Source of the DNA: Silvanigrellaceae bacterium
Lineage (GTDB): Bacteria; Bdellovibrionota_B; Oligoflexia; Silvanigrellales; Silvanigrellaceae
DNA: 15,966 nt
Reading direction: 5' to 3'
Assembly (NCBI GenBank): GCA_049423385.1
Contig: JBMSQQ010000080.1
Span: forward strand, 1 to 15,966
Both the position numbers and the translations under genes were made by a program. Every line of letters begins with the position of its first letter. Within the stretch, counting starts at the first letter, position 1. The notes beneath the pieces are model-generated. The model ran no database searches. It saw only the letters and a program-made list of their open reading frames with translations, and was not told where the DNA came from. Positions 14,696 to 15,966 of this stretch are shown piece by piece.

Positions 14696-15966
14696 TCAGC
14701 CCTCCTGAAGACGCATCAAAAATTCGCGCTGCACGATTTTTCCTCCCTCAAGTCCACTGCCAGGACCCAACAGGATGAGCTGATCGGCGCACTCCTGAAA
14801 TTCCTTGTGATGCTCAACGACCACAAATGTATGCCCTTGTTTGGTCAGATCCCGCAATGTTTTGAGCAGTTGTCCAACATCTTTTTCAGAAAGACCACGG
14901 GTGGGTTCATCGAGAATACAGAACAACTCCTTTGAACCTTTGGTCAATGCCGCGGCAAGCCGCAATCGCTGGGCCTCTCCTCCCGACATGAAGGTCGTGG
15001 GGACGCCGAGCGGAAGATGCCCCAGCCCAAGGCGAACGGCAACCGACAATGCCCTGGAAAAAGCGGCCTCATGACCCAACGATGCATAGCAGTCTTCCAG
15101 ACTTGTCTCGAGCCATTCCTGAATGGTTTTTCCTCGCCAACGGGCGGCCAATGATTCACGTCGATAGCGCCCTCCCTTGCAATCGGGACATTGCTTGTCA
15201 ACTTCGCCGAGAAAAAACAAATCTTCGCGAATAAACCCCTTGCCGCCGCACTCATCGCAGGCACCCGCACCATTGAATGAAAAGTCACTCGACATCAGAT
15301 CGAGAGCCTTGGCCTCGGGAGTTTGCGAAAAATTGCGTCGCAGATGATCCATCAATCCCAGCACAGTTGCCGGTACACTCGTGATTGTCCTGTGCATGGC
15401 TTTTTGGTCAACCGAGACAATCTCAACGCATTCCATGAATCCATCCGGAAGCCGCAAATTGTTCCAGATTCCTCGACCATCATCCAAATCAAGCCTCTCA
15501 TTGCTCACAAGCCCCTTGTCCATGAACCAATCGAGAGCTGCTTCAAGACCACATTGAACGAGTGTCGATTTTCCAGCACCACTCGGACCACCAACAACTG
15601 TCAAACACCCCAGCGGAACGGCAATATTCAAATCCTTGCAATTGTGCATGGAAAAACCACTGAGAGAGACACAACTTTGCCGCGCGATCTGAAGAGCATC
15701 CACTGCCAATTTTTTACGTTCCGGACGCTTCAATTCAAGAGACTGCAAATCGAGCGTCAGTGACAGTGGCTCTTTGCCCTTGCGCGGCAACAACTCCCCG
15801 CCACGCGATCCTCCACCCGGACCCAACTCGTACCAAAAATCTGCTGCACGGATGAGTTCAGGATCGTGCTCCACCATCAGAACCGTGTTGCCCAGATCGC
15901 GCAATTCCCTCAAACAGTTCACAAGGTGCGGAATTTCAGCCCTGCCAAGTCCCACGCTGGGCTCAG
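14696..15966 (-). CDS. uvrA: UvrA-family excinuclease ABC subunit A-like ATPase, C-terminal part (5' truncated by the window edge)
   Basis: EPSVGL...LRDLGNTVLMVEHD, GPGGG..GGE, HNCKDL, Walker A GPSGAGKST, Zn finger CDEC/CPDC, signature SGGEAQRLRLA, ILDEPT, GPGSG..GGKIV. The frame is open to the edge; may be a paralog. Confidence 0.85.
   Translation of the reverse strand, partial: EPSVGLGRAEIPHLVNCLRELRDLGNTVLMVEHDPELIRAADFWYELGPGGGSRGGELLPRKGKEPLSLTLDLQSLELKRPERKKLAVDALQIARQSCVSLSGFSMHNCKDLNIAVPLGCLTVVGGPSGAGKSTLVQCGLEAALDWFMDKGLVSNERLDLDDGRGIWNNLRLPDGFMECVEIVSVDQKAMHRTITSVPATVLGLMDHLRRNFSQTPEAKALDLMSSDFSFNGAGACDECGGKGFIREDLFFLGEVDKQCPDCKGGRYRRESLAARWRGKTIQEWLETSLEDCYASLGHEAAFSRALSVAVRLGLGHLPLGVPTTFMSGGEAQRLRLAAALTKGSKELFCILDEPTRGLSEKDVGQLLKTLRDLTKQGHTFVVVEHHKEFQECADQLILLGPGSGLEGGKIVQREFLMRLQEG

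Noticed and set aside
15962..15966. Codon before EPSVGL ends in CT, so it is not the Walker B Asp
   Set aside because: Only two bases at the extreme edge of the sequence; could be an end artefact and cannot be interpreted.
1..15966. tRNA, rRNA, CRISPR array, transposase or integrase
   Set aside because: Intergenic gaps are short, and no repeat-spacer pattern, cloverleaf or mobile-element motif was seen.

Overview
Gene-dense bacterial chromosomal window with 16 CDS and no recognisable rRNA, tRNA, CRISPR or IS element. The AglR/Q/S-like and GltG-like genes suggest a Bdellovibrionota/Myxococcota-type organism (inference). Left to right: YitJ-type homocysteine methyltransferase-MTHFR fusion (-), HDAC/acetylpolyamine amidohydrolase (+) and a probable lipoprotein (+). 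Next is a long minus-strand run, in transcription order: small very acidic protein, orphan Mod-like DNA methyltransferase, small secreted protein, ExbB/AglR-like, two ExbD-like, TonB-C/GltG-like, RNase J, outer-membrane beta-barrel. Then 5-formyl-THF cyclo-ligase (+), and on the minus strand a truncated UvrA-like gene, psd and a GNAT. The most striking signal is the Ton/Tol/Agl-type motor operon: its ORFs are intact, but the canonical proton-coupling residues appear replaced in all four membrane subunits (a candidate 'pseudo-stator'). Separately, the YitJ methyltransferase domain has lost two of its three zinc-binding cysteines. All alignments were made by eye against remembered family motifs; no database searches were run.
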